This document shows positions 51,979 through 64,000 of a stretch of DNA of 64,000 nt, in pieces. How positions within the stretch are numbered: the stretch's first letter is position 1; each line of letters starts with the position of its first letter. Under the pieces are notes generated by a model. The model saw nothing but the letters and a program-made list of their open reading frames with translations. It made no database searches and was not told the origin of the DNA. Both the position numbers and the translations under genes were made by a program. The stretch spans positions 310,001-374,000 of the forward strand of contig JBDOQK010000003.1 of NCBI GenBank assembly GCA_040437565.1, given 5' to 3'. The DNA is from Albugo candida (lineage: Eukaryota).

Positions 51979-54142
51979 CTAGTCTTGAGCTTGCTTCACT
52001 CGCCATTGCGTTATTTTGAGGTTTTGCAAGCGCATAATGCGACGGTAGAAAACCAAAAACCAGATGATCCCGAGCACACTGCAAATCACAGTCTCGACAT
52101 AGTATCCATCTTGGATGATTAAACACTCGCCTCCAGCATCTATACATGCTTGTCGTTCTCCTGCATCAGAACACGTTTTCGACCCAATTGATAAGATATC
52201 AGTGTGATTCGAGCCCCCAAGACACTCGCGTGTCGTCAGTTGATCCACAAATGCAAGACTCAGCGAATTCGGCCACTATAGAGAACATAAGATGTGAATG
52301 ATGGAACAATGATGCAGTCTCTACTCACCTTGGAACCAAGATTAGATATGGTATTGAGGAATGTCATATATGTGCCACCGATGGATGGATCACTGATTCG
52401 TGCGAAAAAGTTCATCTAAGCGATTTTTGCGTCAGAGGTTAAATCATCAATATCGCGCATTTCGTACCTGCGGTACAAACATCATATTTGCAGCGACTTC
52501 GTGCATGGCGCCACAGACCAGAATAAAAAGATAGTAGTAATAATGAACGCCTTCGTGTTGAGCCATAATTCTGGGCGTTAGATACACGATCAAAGCGTAT
52601 AGCAATCCCACACCAANNNNNNNNNNNNNNNNNNNNNNNNNNNNNNNNNNNNNNNNNNNNNNNNNNNNNNNNNNNNNNNNNNNNNNNNNNNNNNNNNNNN
52701 NNNNNNNNNNNNNNNNCAAGACACTCGCGTGTCGTCAGTTGATCCACAAATGCAAGACTCAGCGAATTCGGCCACTATAGAGAACATAAGATGTGAATGA
52801 TGGAACAATGATGCAGTCTCTACTCACCTTGGAACCAAGATTAGATATGGTATTGAGGAATGTCATATATGTGCCACCGATGGATGGATCACTGATTCGT
52901 GCGAAAAAGTTCATCTAAGCGATTTTTGCGTCAGAGGTTAAATCATCAATATCGCGCATTTCGTACCTGCGGTACAAACATCATATTTGCAGCGACTTCG
53001 TGCATGGCGCCACAGACCAGAATAAAAAGATAGTAGTAATAATGAACGCCTTCGTGTTGAGCCATAATTCTGGGCGTTAGATACACGATCAAAGCGTATA
53101 GCAATCCCACACCAAGACGCAGTTGGTAACCCCACATGAATAAGTTTAATGGCTTCTGTGGATCAATCAGCTTGCCTAAGAAAATTGGTATGATGATGCC
53201 CAAAGGCACCAGTATCGGGGATAGCAAAGCCAACTTTTCTTTTTTCAGTCCATATTCGACAAGTTTCAGTGATGCGACACTTTCAGCCGCAGCAAAGGCG
53301 ACTTTACTTGTCAGTAAAATGAGCGATAGTTGAAGCACGGAAGATAAACGCATTACTGATCCCATCTGCTTGTATGTCTCTTTGATACTCAGTCGTTGTT
53401 CTTCATCGTCCTGCTTCTCTTTCTTGAAAATCCACACTCCGATTGTCGTTACGAGCATGACCCATCCCCAAAAGCTCATAAAACCTGGCAATGTGACCAT
53501 ACCTTGATCTTGTGGAACACTTCGGAAATAAGCATTGCAAGTCGCGGGGTCATGAAACGCTAGAAAGCCAACGTACGCGGCAAAATAACCCAATGTTTGT
53601 CCTACCGAATTACAAGTGGAAGCATGACCCACATTTTCTGCAGAAAGCATAGTTAAAGCCCATCCATCCACAGCGATGTCTTGGGTCGCCATCATGAAAT
53701 ATAAGAGGAAGAAAAATGCAGTCAAAGCACCGACATGAGGTACGGAGTGTTCACCTTCACCCAACAGACTATCTGCGAAAAAGCTACCTCCAATCATCAA
53801 AGCTGCACAAATAAATTGAACGGGAATGAGCCAAGATTTTCGACGTCCAAAATGATGATGATAAGTGGAATCGACGATTGGCGCCCATAAAAGTTTGAGA
53901 CTGAATGGCCACGAGACGAGGCTGAAGGTTGCTTGATCCGAGTAGCTCACTTTCTCTTGCAATAAGAAGGGGATACTGGAGGAGAGGCCCATTGGGATAC
54001 CTTGCAGTGTGTACAATAAGAGCAATAAAGCCATCGAAGACCAATCACTGGAGCTTTTATTTGGTGGATTTATGGATGTACATGTTTCAGATGCACCAGC
54101 ATTGCTTTTTGTAACCTTGGAGGTCGCTCTCTTCTTTGCCAT
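51979..54142 (-). CDS. SLC33A1: Acetyl-CoA transporter 1 (MFS, SLC33A1/AT-1); spans gap 52617-52716
   Basis: LLLLYTLQGIPMGL, WPFSLKLLWAPIVDS, FGRRKSWLIPVQ, MATQDIAVDGWALTML, ISDPSIGGTYMTFLNTISNLG, C-terminal DGYYVET. Confidence 0.95.
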
Positions 54143-55445
54143 TTTTGGCCTTACGAAATGTCAACACGTATGTAAAATCGCTTGTACTATTATTGCTATT
54201 ATTAATAGTAAAATAGNNNNNNNNNNNNNNNNNNNNNNNNNNNNNNNNNNNNNNNNNNNNNNNNNNNNNNNNNNNNNNNNNNNNNNNNNNNNNNNNNNNN
54301 NNNNNNNNNNNNNNNNATTATTGCTATTATTAATAGTAAAATAGACCCTTTGGATATATCTGGTTCGCGAGGAGGCTATATATGTATTTTATGAGGCATT
54401 TGTCGAGCACATCAGCTTGTAGATTGAAGCAAACAGGTGCAAGCGATATGTAACTTCGCGTGGGACGGCCTACAATACAACGCATTTCAGGGGCAGTCGA
54501 CGAATCCACATAAAAATAATCGATGATACCGGAACCTATTATAAATCTCATTATCAAAGATGGAAATGTAGTCGCCATATCGGAATTCTTCTGGTGGAAG
54601 TGGAGTATGATGTCCTTACATCATAGTGTAATCACCAAGCATACGAGAAAAAAAAATACCAATAGCGCAGTGCGATTTTAGATTGAATCGATAGTTGCCG
54701 CCCTTGCACGTCGCAACCCTACCATTCCAATCAATGCGATACCGGATATTACAAAGTTACATGAGCCATACTCATTATGTATAGCAGTCAAAGTGAAGAC
54801 CTTGATTGGACTTGGTACACTCTTGAAACGATATGTAAACGCCTAGAAGCTAGTTTGGAATTGTGGATGTTCTCGATGATACTTCAGATGGACCTTCACT
54901 GATGCCACCATTTTTCACCTATATTGAGACCATTTCAGCATGGTCATTGATGCAGTTTTTTCTTCGATAGGTGAAAGTAATCAATTATCAGCTATAATGA
55001 TTGCTTCCTACGGAGATTACCTCGGGCAATGAAGAATATTGGCGCGCATCTTCATCTGCAAAGTGCACTTGCGTATCAGAATCAATTTATCGAGCTAGCA
55101 ATGTCGTGGGAACGTGCAATAGAATGAAAGTAGATCCATCGACAAACCAGTTCTCATACACGCGATCAACGCCTCCATCCGGCAACTTCTAGTAATGAGG
55201 TTGTATAATAATATCAAATCAACACGAAACACCACTTCACTACTCAAAATCGCCCTTGAACCCTCAGAAAGGGCTGCAATGCACTGGTCGATTCTACGGC
55301 ATCGCAATGAGAACATGAGACAAGAGAGTAGAGCTCTGTAACTAAATCAAATGTTACGGATGTGTAAGTCATTAAGTGATGAAACATCACATTCCCCAAT
55401 AGCTTTGGCAAGTCGATCGAAGGTAGCCGAAAGCATCAAATCAGG

Positions 55446-56826
55446 ATGCGCCAAATGCAGAAAATTCCACCCTCAATATCCAATCAAAATAGTCTAAATG
55501 AAGAAACTTCATCGAAAGCGACCGCATCGCATTATCGGAACAATACTCTGATAATAACAAATCGTCTCGAACGAGCGCATCGAAGAGTTTTAGTGACTCA
55601 CCGATACTTTGTTCATCAGCATCTAATGCAAAAGCATGATTCAAAGAGATTTGACGACATTTCTGACAGTGTGATTCAATTGAAAGAGCTCAGCAGTCCC
55701 TCAACATCTTGTTGCCAGCACAAAGTTCTATTTGTCAAAGACGACTTGATCCATAATTCTGTCAGTGGAGATCAATCATTGAGATTGGAGGAAGATTCTT
55801 GCATAGAAGCTGAACCTATAAATCAAATCTCTCGTCGCATCGTCCAGAATATATCGTTTGTGACGGGCGCAAACGAATTGGATGATGTAAGCGGTTTTTG
55901 TTGCTGGTTTGAGTAATAATTTTTCAATCTGTACCTGATAGATTCTAACGTACAAAAATGAAAAAGTGTTGCAGGATTCCGTAGTGTTTGTGCATAGTCC
56001 GAACAAAGAACCAGCTTCTCCTTGCTCTCCTATCACACAATTGGAACTACCATGCAAGGAGGAAGAAGCTTTCTTGAGTGTGCATCCAGGCTTTACAACT
56101 ACGAAAGAAGTTGGTATGGTCGCTCAATGCTTAAAAAAAGCCCTTCATGTTTTGAATGGTCACATAACAAAGTCGGGTCCTTGGAACCTGAGCGTATTGT
56201 GCTTGTGTGCTGCAGAAAGTGTTCAATTTGGCATCAACTTTTTCCAAATAAAATCAACCGAAAAGATGTGCAGCGTGGAATTCGTACAGGAAATCGGAGA
56301 TGAATCCAAATTTGTATGCATTTCTGACTGGCTGCTCGACAACTGGGAGTATTTTGCGAGCGAATCGTGGGCAACTGTGGACGACGTAATGAATCTTCCA
56401 TTTGAGTGGACACAGTCACGTGAGAGTCGAAAGTTTGCAATCTCAGTCACTGAAGCCAAGACACTGATGAAAGAGCTGAATACGGATCTACATCCTGAAA
56501 CACTTTATGAGATTACACGCGAATTGAAAGACCACTGCCGCCATTCAGGTAATCGGGCACGATTCCTAGAGCAAGATCAGTCTGGATTTCTAAAAGGTAT
56601 CAAGTGGATGTTGCTGGATTCTGATGAGATTGCCCGGTTTGCGGTATTCATACTTTTGCAATTTGCAGAAGACATGGACAAAGACGATAACAAGGAGCTA
56701 TTCCAAACCACATATATGCAAAATACGTACAAGCTTGCGGTAAGCAGCCTTGCACAAAATGAAGACAGCGCATGGACACAAGATCTGGCCCGACAATTGT
56801 TGGCGTCCAATTTGTTTCGCCCGTAA
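55446..56826 (+). CDS. Hypothetical protein with KA1-like domain and helical C-terminus (2 exons)
   Basis: ORFs 55446-55916 and 55966-56826 linked by a GTAAGC...GATAG intron. VQFGINFFQI...SVEFVQEIGDESKF resembles a KA1 fold. Confidence 0.6.
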
Positions 56827-56993
56827 TCGCTCATTTGAAGCTCTATTGTTCGCAAGATAATCCACTGATCGAGTATTTTCGTAATGGATCACAAAAAAAC
56901 TCAATGCAGAAAAAAATTCCAAAATGACAAAATGACAAAAAAATGGATCAAAAAACGTATGCGGCACGGCGTACTCTAAAAAAAGAAGGCTTT

Positions 56994-58052
56994 TTAATCA
57001 TCTAATCCTTGGAAGAATGCGGGTCGACGGACCCAAGAACGAGTCATTACTTCGGTGTCAGTTGCAAGCCGAAAGCTACCGTCACCTTCTCGAATATATG
57101 TCGGATTCTTCGGCTTGGATATATCTTTCACAGCAATTTTCCATGTCGGAGGTGTTTCAAAAGACTTTTGAAAAGATTTCTGGAAAGCAAATTTCCTCTT
57201 CGTCGCGTAATTTTGCATCGCTGTCGCTTCTTTCGGGTACATCTGATCGCTCTGTGTATTCTTACCTAGTCGGCGGGTCAATGGAGGATATCCTTCAAAC
57301 TCATCGTTGAGGAAAAAAAAATCGGGATTTCGGAAAGCCTCCTCTTGCTCCACGCCAAGTAGAACCTTCATATCGTCCTCATCCTCCAATGCTTCTTCGT
57401 CTGATGATTTCACATCAACTTGACTCTGTCCTTCCGATTTGGTGACTTTTGCTGCTTTTTCTCTTGCATCGCGAACACGTTGTTTTAGCTCAGGAAGATC
57501 CATGCCTAATTCTTCGGTTCCTTTGAAATAAATGATGGCCTCAATTTGAGCCTTCGGAATGTTGAATGCACGTGCCAAATTGAGCGATGTCCATTTCATT
57601 GGATCTTCCAAGAATAATCGAATGACCTCGTCTTCGATATCCTCATCAATGGTGGGATCTCCGAGCTGCTCACGAAAAACTTCAGCCCATTCCACGCTGT
57701 CTTCATCTTCATAATCATCGTTGGAATCGTCGTCGTCATCTTCATCGTAATCATCATCATCCACTTCTTCCTCATCTTCTTCATCGTCGTTTTCATTCTC
57801 AAACATTCTATTACGACCTTTTCTATCTCCTTCATCGTCATCCAGAAGCGATGTGAAACGTGACGAGGAAGAATAATATTGTATTCTAATCCCACGATAT
57901 CCTATCAATTTGGATGGCAAGCACATAGGAGGTGCCACGGCCAATGAGGATGTTAAAAACAGATTTCGTTGATACCTCAAAGTGCGAATTTTCGCCATAC
58001 GGAACTGGCAAGAGGCTTCTATCGTGCGACACACTCGTGCTATCATTTTCAT
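56994..58052 (-). CDS. Mitoribosomal protein mS45 (Bot1p / plant GCD1-like)
   Basis: Arg-rich presequence, acidic tract, IRLFLEDPMKWTSLNLARAFNIPKAQIEAIIYFK, and C-terminal IREGDGSFRLATDTE. Confidence 0.65.
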   Translation of the reverse strand: MKMIARVCRTIEASCQFRMAKIRTLRYQRNLFLTSSLAVAPPMCLPSKLIGYRGIRIQYYSSSSRFTSLLDDDEGDRKGRNRMFENENDDEEDEEEVDDDDYDEDDDDDSNDDYEDEDSVEWAEVFREQLGDPTIDEDIEDEVIRLFLEDPMKWTSLNLARAFNIPKAQIEAIIYFKGTEELGMDLPELKQRVRDAREKAAKVTKSEGQSQVDVKSSDEEALEDEDDMKVLLGVEQEEAFRNPDFFFLNDEFEGYPPLTRRLGKNTQSDQMYPKEATAMQNYATKRKFAFQKSFQKSFETPPTWKIAVKDISKPKNPTYIREGDGSFRLATDTEVMTRSWVRRPAFFQGLDD

Positions 58053-58170
58053 GCCACTAATTCCAATCGCGAGATATTAATATTAATACCAGTAGTACCG
58101 ATCTATCGATTTGAACCAATGACATGAAAAATCATCGACAGGTCCGACAAAGTGACGCGAAACCGCAAGG

Positions 58171-60192
58171 ATGGCCCAGTTTCTCACTATTCTGTATAAA
58201 AATTCTCGATATCGTCGCCTTGTCTTTGTAATCATCCTGTCAGTAACAACGATATGGCTCTGTATTTTCAGTGGATCCCCAAAGCGATATATATACGCAC
58301 ATCCTAGGCTCAATACAATTGATTTACATCCGAATGCACAGGAAAAGGTACGAAACCTTTGGCGAAAAGATGAAATGGAGTGTGTGGGATGGAGAGCCAC
58401 TCATACATGTGACCCATACGGTTTGAGGGATACGTACAAAGATCTTTCATGCGATCAGATGCTTCCACGTAGCGCAGGATATTGCGAAATTCGTAATCGC
58501 ACATCTGGCCAAGTGCACCACGTCATGCGATCCACATGCTTAGGATGGGTCTGGAATACACGAAGGAAGATACAGTGTAATGACGCATTGGGGTTCACAG
58601 AGTTTAGCATTCGTGCGGCACAAGATCCATCCCAAAAGTTTGCTTCAATTGAGGAAAATGTCGATACGTTTATGCAGTTTTCAAATCCTTCACTTACAGA
58701 CAGCGTTTTGAAACAAATTCGTTCAAATGGCGATGATACAAAAACATACTCAGTACCGATAGAGATACAGTATGGAGTCGTCATGGTCGTTTATCCAAGA
58801 ATTGTTGCCGGTGTTTATGGGATCGTACGGATGCTACGAGATCTTGGCTGCACCCTACCCGTCGAAGTTTGGTATCACCCTCGCGAAATGACCGCAGAAC
58901 ACTCCGTTCTGATTCATCTTTACTCTCATTACAATGTACTTATTCGCGTGATCGATCAAGAAGACATCAAGACTTTTGCAACCAAATCGTATGTCATTTT
59001 TCATAGCACCTTTGAAAACATTTTGTTTCTTGATTCTGATAATATTCCTGTTCGTGATCCGACGTTTCTTTTTCAATCCAAGGAATTTATCGAGTATGGT
59101 GCAATATTTTGGCCCGATTTCTGGCATCCACGTACTGAGACTCCATTCAACATTCACAGTCAGAGCGTTTTATGGGAAATTTTGGACATGCCGTACATCG
59201 AGATGTTTGAGCAAGAAAGCGGCCAAATACTCATCAATCGCCGTCGACATGAGAAAGCACTTCATAAATTATGGACATATACTTTTAACAAACCCGACAT
59301 GCTTGTAAAGCTCGATTTGGTGTATGGAGATAAAGATCTGTTTCGACTGGCTTGGATCAACACCACCAGCCCATTTTTTATGATTCCACACGTGGTACGA
59401 CTAGGTGGTTTATACAGCGTGGCTGAAGACTTTTTCTGCGGTTTGGCTATGGTACAACATGATCCAGACGGCAAGATTTTATTTTTACATCGTAATCAGG
59501 TCAAGTTGAATGGAAGGTCAGATCAGAAAACTGTTCTCACCCATATCCAGACGTTTGCAGGAAAGTTTGAAGAAGAGCATCGTGTTCAAGCGCACGTACA
59601 GAACTACAGAGTAAAGTGTAAGTTTCATCGACTTGGGCAAACCAGCTGCTTCCATTTGGAATCGAAGACGCTTGGCAATAATGGTGATCTGATCCAGATT
59701 CTTCCATTTTCTTCGACAGGATTTGGTGATATTGAGCAACACGCAATCGAGCGCTCGATTGAAGGCAGGAAGCTGCTTAGTAGAGAAGAAGAGAGTCTAA
59801 TGATGAAAATTGAGCAGTTCGATGTTAATGGGAGGTATATAGGCGGTGGTGGTCGCATCGCTTCCAGACTAGTGCTTTTATGGTGTCTGATAGTGGCCTT
59901 ATTGCTCACTATTTTGCTTCTTTTGTGGATGAAGCAGTCAAAACGGTGGATCTGGACACATCCTTCGTCGTCTTTGCCTTGGAAAATGCAGCATGTAGAA
60001 ACTAGTACTACCGCATCTTCTCGGCCATTTCAGTCGACGAACCTAATTCCCCGGAGGCAATCATTCCCCGCATCGGAAGTTGGTGACCAAAGCATTCGAT
60101 CAGCATGTAGCACAATACAACATAGCAGCGTTGCTTCATGTCTTCTTTCAAAAAAGTCTAGGCCTCGACAAAAGAGCGAACATGTGCTGTGA
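58171..60192 (+). CDS. GT71 alpha-mannosyltransferase (MNN2/MNN5-like, Mannosyl_trans3)
   Basis: N-terminal TM anchor, Cys-rich CVGWRATHTCDPYG domain, LRDLGCTLPVEVW, FLDSDN, GAIFWPDFW, EQESGQ, YGDKDLFR. Confidence 0.92.
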   Translation: MAQFLTILYKNSRYRRLVFVIILSVTTIWLCIFSGSPKRYIYAHPRLNTIDLHPNAQEKVRNLWRKDEMECVGWRATHTCDPYGLRDTYKDLSCDQMLPRSAGYCEIRNRTSGQVHHVMRSTCLGWVWNTRRKIQCNDALGFTEFSIRAAQDPSQKFASIEENVDTFMQFSNPSLTDSVLKQIRSNGDDTKTYSVPIEIQYGVVMVVYPRIVAGVYGIVRMLRDLGCTLPVEVWYHPREMTAEHSVLIHLYSHYNVLIRVIDQEDIKTFATKSYVIFHSTFENILFLDSDNIPVRDPTFLFQSKEFIEYGAIFWPDFWHPRTETPFNIHSQSVLWEILDMPYIEMFEQESGQILINRRRHEKALHKLWTYTFNKPDMLVKLDLVYGDKDLFRLAWINTTSPFFMIPHVVRLGGLYSVAEDFFCGLAMVQHDPDGKILFLHRNQVKLNGRSDQKTVLTHIQTFAGKFEEEHRVQAHVQNYRVKCKFHRLGQTSCFHLESKTLGNNGDLIQILPFSSTGFGDIEQHAIERSIEGRKLLSREEESLMMKIEQFDVNGRYIGGGGRIASRLVLLWCLIVALLLTILLLLWMKQSKRWIWTHPSSSLPWKMQHVETSTTASSRPFQSTNLIPRRQSFPASEVGDQSIRSACSTIQHSSVASCLLSKKSRPRQKSEHVL

Positions 60193-60279
60193 CAGTATTC
60201 TAAAATCTCATCAAATGGGACAATAACAAAAAGTATATTCCTTTTGTTGTTGAATTTGCCTGATAATCGACTTTTGAGC

Positions 60280-62088
60280 TTATTGCTCTGCTTGCCTCCA
60301 CTCATCGCGAACTTTGACGGGAAGTTGCGTTTTCTTACAAAATTCCAACTGCTGTTTGCTATCAATGTACAATTTTGCAGGTGGGGCGAAACCATTAAAG
60401 TCTGATCCAGCCGCACAAGTGTACGCGCCCATGCTTGGAAAACAAATCCACTCGCCTACACGAAGTTGTGGCATCCTTACGTCTTTCATTATACAATCCA
60501 TTCCGTCACATGTGGGACCCCAAATGCTTGCAAGATGGAAGTTTTTACTTTCTACTGGTTCCGTTGTGAGCACAACAGGTTGAATTTCTGGGTGATCGTA
60601 TATGAGGCAATTGAACGACCCATACAGCCCGTCATTGATAAAGTACATGTAGCTCGATTCCGCGGTCTTCTGCAGGGACCTTTCCAAAATTGGAGCAACT
60701 TTCCGTCCAATGACACATACCGCAAGCGTGTGTGTGGAAGCAGCAAAGAAACGGCCCGGCTCGGAAATGACTTGAACATGACCTGAGTCTGGAAAGTACG
60801 TTGCGAGCGAACTTGCAAGCTCTTGCGCGCATTCTTCGAATGTGATAGGACCGTTCTCCGTTCCGGGAAATCCACCACCAATATCTAACAACTGAAAGGA
60901 GAAATCCAAGTCTGCGCCAATATCAAAAGCCTTACGAGCACGTTTAATTGCATCAGAGTAGGCAGATACGCTATAACATCNNNNNNNNNNNNNNNNNNNN
61001 NNNNNNNNNNNNNNNNNNNNNNNNNNNNNNNNNNNNNNNNNNNNNNNNNNNNNNNNNNNNNNNNNNNNNNNNNNNNNNNNTGTGGAAGCAGCAAAGAAAC
61101 GGCCCGGCTCGGAAATGACTTGAACATGACCTGAGTCTGGAAAGTACGTTGCGAGCGAACTTGCAAGCTCTTGCGCGCATTCTTCGAATGTGATAGGACC
61201 GTTCTCCGTTCCGGGAAATCCACCACCAATATCTAACAACTGAAAGGAGAAATCCAAGTCTGCGCCAATATCAAAAGCCTTACGAGCACGTTTAATTGCA
61301 TCAGAGTAGGCAGATACGCTATAACATCCACTTCCCACATGAAAACTGACACCAACAACTTCTAAATCAAGTCTTTTGGCATGAGTGAGGATGGATGGAA
61401 CGTCGTGCAACATGGCGCCAAATTTTGTTCCAAGACGACAGATTGCTTTTGTATCGTCGACGTAGAGACGTAAGACGAGTCTAGCGTCAGGATTGGTCGC
61501 TTTGATTTTATCTAATTCGTCGTGAGAATCAAACGTCATAAGATTCACTGATTGGGTCGCAGAGTATCGAATATGTGATGGTTGCTTGCACGGATTTGCG
61601 TATATAATATCCTCTGAACGCACTCCAAGACGCAAAACCGCTTCGATTTCAGCGCGGCTGGCGCAGTCAAAACCACATCCTAGACGAGCCAACGTGTGTA
61701 AAAGCTGTTGATCAGGATTGCATTTGACAGCGTAGAACGGCTTGACGAGTGGCAAATATTTTTTCCATAATTGATATCTCTTCGTCAGCGCGTGGAGATC
61801 CACAACATAAAATGCATCTTCTTGGCCGCATTGAACTCGTTGCATCACTTGAGAGATGATAGAAGGATTCCACTGCAATTCTTCGATTGACGTATTTGTA
61901 ACTTCGAATGCATTGTGACTATGCTTGCTAGACCAATTACTATGACTATTGCAAATGATTGGTAGAATGGCGCACTGACCGCCTGAAATAGTTGACAGAT
62001 TGCATCGTGTATGACCAAACCTCGAAGCCAATTGGGATTGTAGTTTCCAAACCCGTGGGAAGAACGATTTGTGACGGACGACGATCAT
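60280..62088 (-). CDS. ODC1: Ornithine decarboxylase (about 486 aa after removing the 348-bp gap plus duplication artefact)
   Basis: AFYVVDL, PLP-lysine PFYAVKCNP, GFDCAS, IIYANPCK, KFGA, GVSFHVGSG, LDIGGGFPG, EPGRFF, INDGLYGSFNC, WGPTCDGMD, MGAYT...FNGF. Confidence 0.97.
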   Translation of the reverse strand: MIVVRHKSFFPRVWKLQSQLASRFGHTRCNLSTISGGQCAILPIICNSHSNWSSKHSHNAFEVTNTSIEELQWNPSIISQVMQRVQCGQEDAFYVVDLHALTKRYQLWKKYLPLVKPFYAVKCNPDQQLLHTLARLGCGFDCASRAEIEAVLRLGVRSEDIIYANPCKQPSHIRYSATQSVNLMTFDSHDELDKIKATNPDARLVLRLYVDDTKAICRLGTKFGAMLHDVPSILTHAKRLDLEVVGVSFHVGSGCYSVSAYSDAIKRARKAFDIGADLDFSFQLLDIGGGFPGTENGPITFEECAQELASSLATYFPDSGHVQVISEPGRFFAASTXXXXXXXXXXXXXXXXXXXXXXXXXXXXXXXXXXCYSVSAYSDAIKRARKAFDIGADLDFSFQLLDIGGGFPGTENGPITFEECAQELASSLATYFPDSGHVQVISEPGRFFAASTHTLAVCVIGRKVAPILERSLQKTAESSYMYFINDGLYGSFNCLIYDHPEIQPVVLTTEPVESKNFHLASIWGPTCDGMDCIMKDVRMPQLRVGEWICFPSMGAYTCAAGSDFNGFAPPAKLYIDSKQQLEFCKKTQLPVKVRDEWRQAEQ

Positions 62089-64000
62089 CTGCCGCTTGAT
62101 GGGACACTGTCAATTTATTACGACAAGAGACACTGATTGCACAGCCACAGCAATTACGTGTACGCTACATCACAAAGTGCATAGTATTAGCCGTTGCGCT
62201 CAGCCAAAATATGGAAAAATTACTAACATGAATGTATTCCCTGATCTATGCAGCCGGAGCGATAAACACGATGCAACTGGATTTAGTGCTAAAAAGAAAA
62301 GAATTGAGTCGCAACTTGCGATCCGTCGCAGGATCTCCAAAAAGGTTTTTTGTAGGTTTCGATTTGGAGCAAAGCGAACACAACGTCCGTTCACTCGGCT
62401 CGATTTATTAGCAAGTATTTATATATCTATGATGGTGGACTCACAGAGAAATACTCTACACTCAGTGATGCACACGTAACTTGTGCGTAAAGGATAGCAC
62501 ACAGCGCTTTATGTCCGCGTTTTTGCCACCAATCGAGCTATACGCCTGTAGTGTAGCAGTATACTATTGAGCACCGTAGCCTGCAAATCAGTGCACGATT
62601 TTCCTACCAAGATAAAGGATAGCTCCGTTTCTCTCGAATAATCATCAGATGCGACGAATGTTAATGCTATGACACTTCGACTTTTTTTCGAAATTATTGC
62701 TGTGATAAATGAGTTCATTTGAGACTGATCAAAGTATAGAATTCAGCTAGAAAGATAGATGAACCTGTAGGATCTATGAATCTGACTAATCTATTGGTCG
62801 CCGGATAATCCGTTCGAAAGAAGTAGGAAGCGCATATGAAAAAAACAGGACGTCCTTCTCCAAGCACAAAACAAGCTTGACTTGCGTCTTCATTTATCAA
62901 GACTACTAGTGACTACGACAGATTATCGTATCTCGCTCTTTTCGGTCGTCCCACGTTCTTCTTCTTCTGCGATTGCGCCTGATGTAAACACGATCTATCT
63001 TTTTCTTTTCTTGTCTTTGGATGTGCTTTCTCATTGTTCCCGAATCGCGAACGAATGCGATATATTGGAGGTAATTTAAAGGATTAATAACACCTGGAAT
63101 GAGGTTTACCTTACACTAAGCAAAGCAAAATGGATTCCATACTTGACAACTTGTGCTTACGCATGAGCGCTTTAAGTCTAGAAGAGAAACTAAGTCACAG
63201 TGTGAGCATAATCAATGCGCGTCATGTAAAAGATGGTTTCATCCTTCCGAGCAGCATTAATTGAGCAAAGAGAGAACTATCCTACCGCGAACTAGATGAC
63301 CTTTTGTTAAGTGTTCTTACATACAAAAAGGATCTTATCATAACGTCACGTCAGCTACGAGCGCACTCCGATCCCCCCGTACAATACGGTGCATTGTCTG
63401 AGCTTTCTACCTGACGTCTCCGAAGAGGCTTTTCTATGAGTGATACAATCTTCCGTAATATATGTTTTCATAGCATTCTGATCATTCTTCGCACTGATAT
63501 AATGCTGCTTCATAAAGATGCGTCTTTGCTCAGAAGCTGAAAGAATGTTATCAAGGAGGAGCTGCCTCGGAATGTGGACGATGTGAGCATAGTTGTAAAT
63601 TAGGCGAATGGATAAAGCAAAGTACATGTTTATTTCCAGGTAGAGCACGCTGCAACGCAATGTACTGGCGCCAGCCTTTTTAAATTAGCCGATCATCGCA
63701 CTTTGCTAGTAAGATTCAAATGTAGTATGCTTCCATAAAGTACATCGAGTTCGTAGACGTCTTTCTTCCCTGCGCATGTGCTTTTTCTTGCTCCCTCTAT
63801 TACAAATGCGATACTCGCATTTTTACCTTGAGACATGTTTTTTTGAGAAGAGAAATCTACTGAACTTGACAGACTTGGAGAAACGCAATGATCATCAAAT
63901 GCGGCAGTACATGAGGCTAACGAGTATTCAACCCTTTCTAGTCCTTTGCAGCGCCTGATAATAGGTGCGATTGCCCATATTCTTGGTCCATAGCTGCCTC

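Noticed and set aside
57700-57850. (TCA/TCG/TCT)n microsatellite-like tract
   Set aside because: Explained by the Asp/Glu-rich coding tract of the mS45-like gene.
60733-61328. Apparent internal domain duplication in ODC (602-aa ORF)
   Set aside because: The 248-bp overlap plus 100 N equals 348 bp and happens to stay in frame; artefact.
63355-63660. 101-aa minus-strand ORF with mildly hydrophobic N-terminus
   Set aside because: No recognisable motif; insufficient evidence that it is coding.

Overview
Eukaryotic genomic DNA with densely packed genes and many short GT-AG introns. Gene content and compactness point to an oomycete, most plausibly an Albugo-like obligate biotroph (inference). About 22 housekeeping or conserved genes are supported: TTLL9, NudCD2, a bZIP factor, an R3H protein, a PDZ/PH protein, HAUS5, INTS9, RNase Z, a MED1-like protein, an FHA-RING ligase, APC7, ALDH7, a dienelactone hydrolase, a COQ10/EF-hand fusion, an acetyl-CoA transporter, mS45, a GT71 mannosyltransferase and ODC, among others. 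A gene-poor island at about 41.3-50.1 kb holds a MULE deletion derivative, a decayed repeat-protein gene and the most striking feature. That feature is a ~285-bp inverted repeat (46158-46826) built from a small secreted-protein gene and placed directly behind what looks like that gene's own TATA/Inr promoter, i.e. a natural hairpin-RNA (RNAi-like) locus. Also notable is an intact, intron-containing pogo/CENP-B-like gene that appears to have lost its catalytic residues. All seven 100-N gaps are flanked by apparently identical duplications, which I treat as assembly artefacts. Identifications come from motif recognition only; no searches were run, and exon boundaries are manual estimates.
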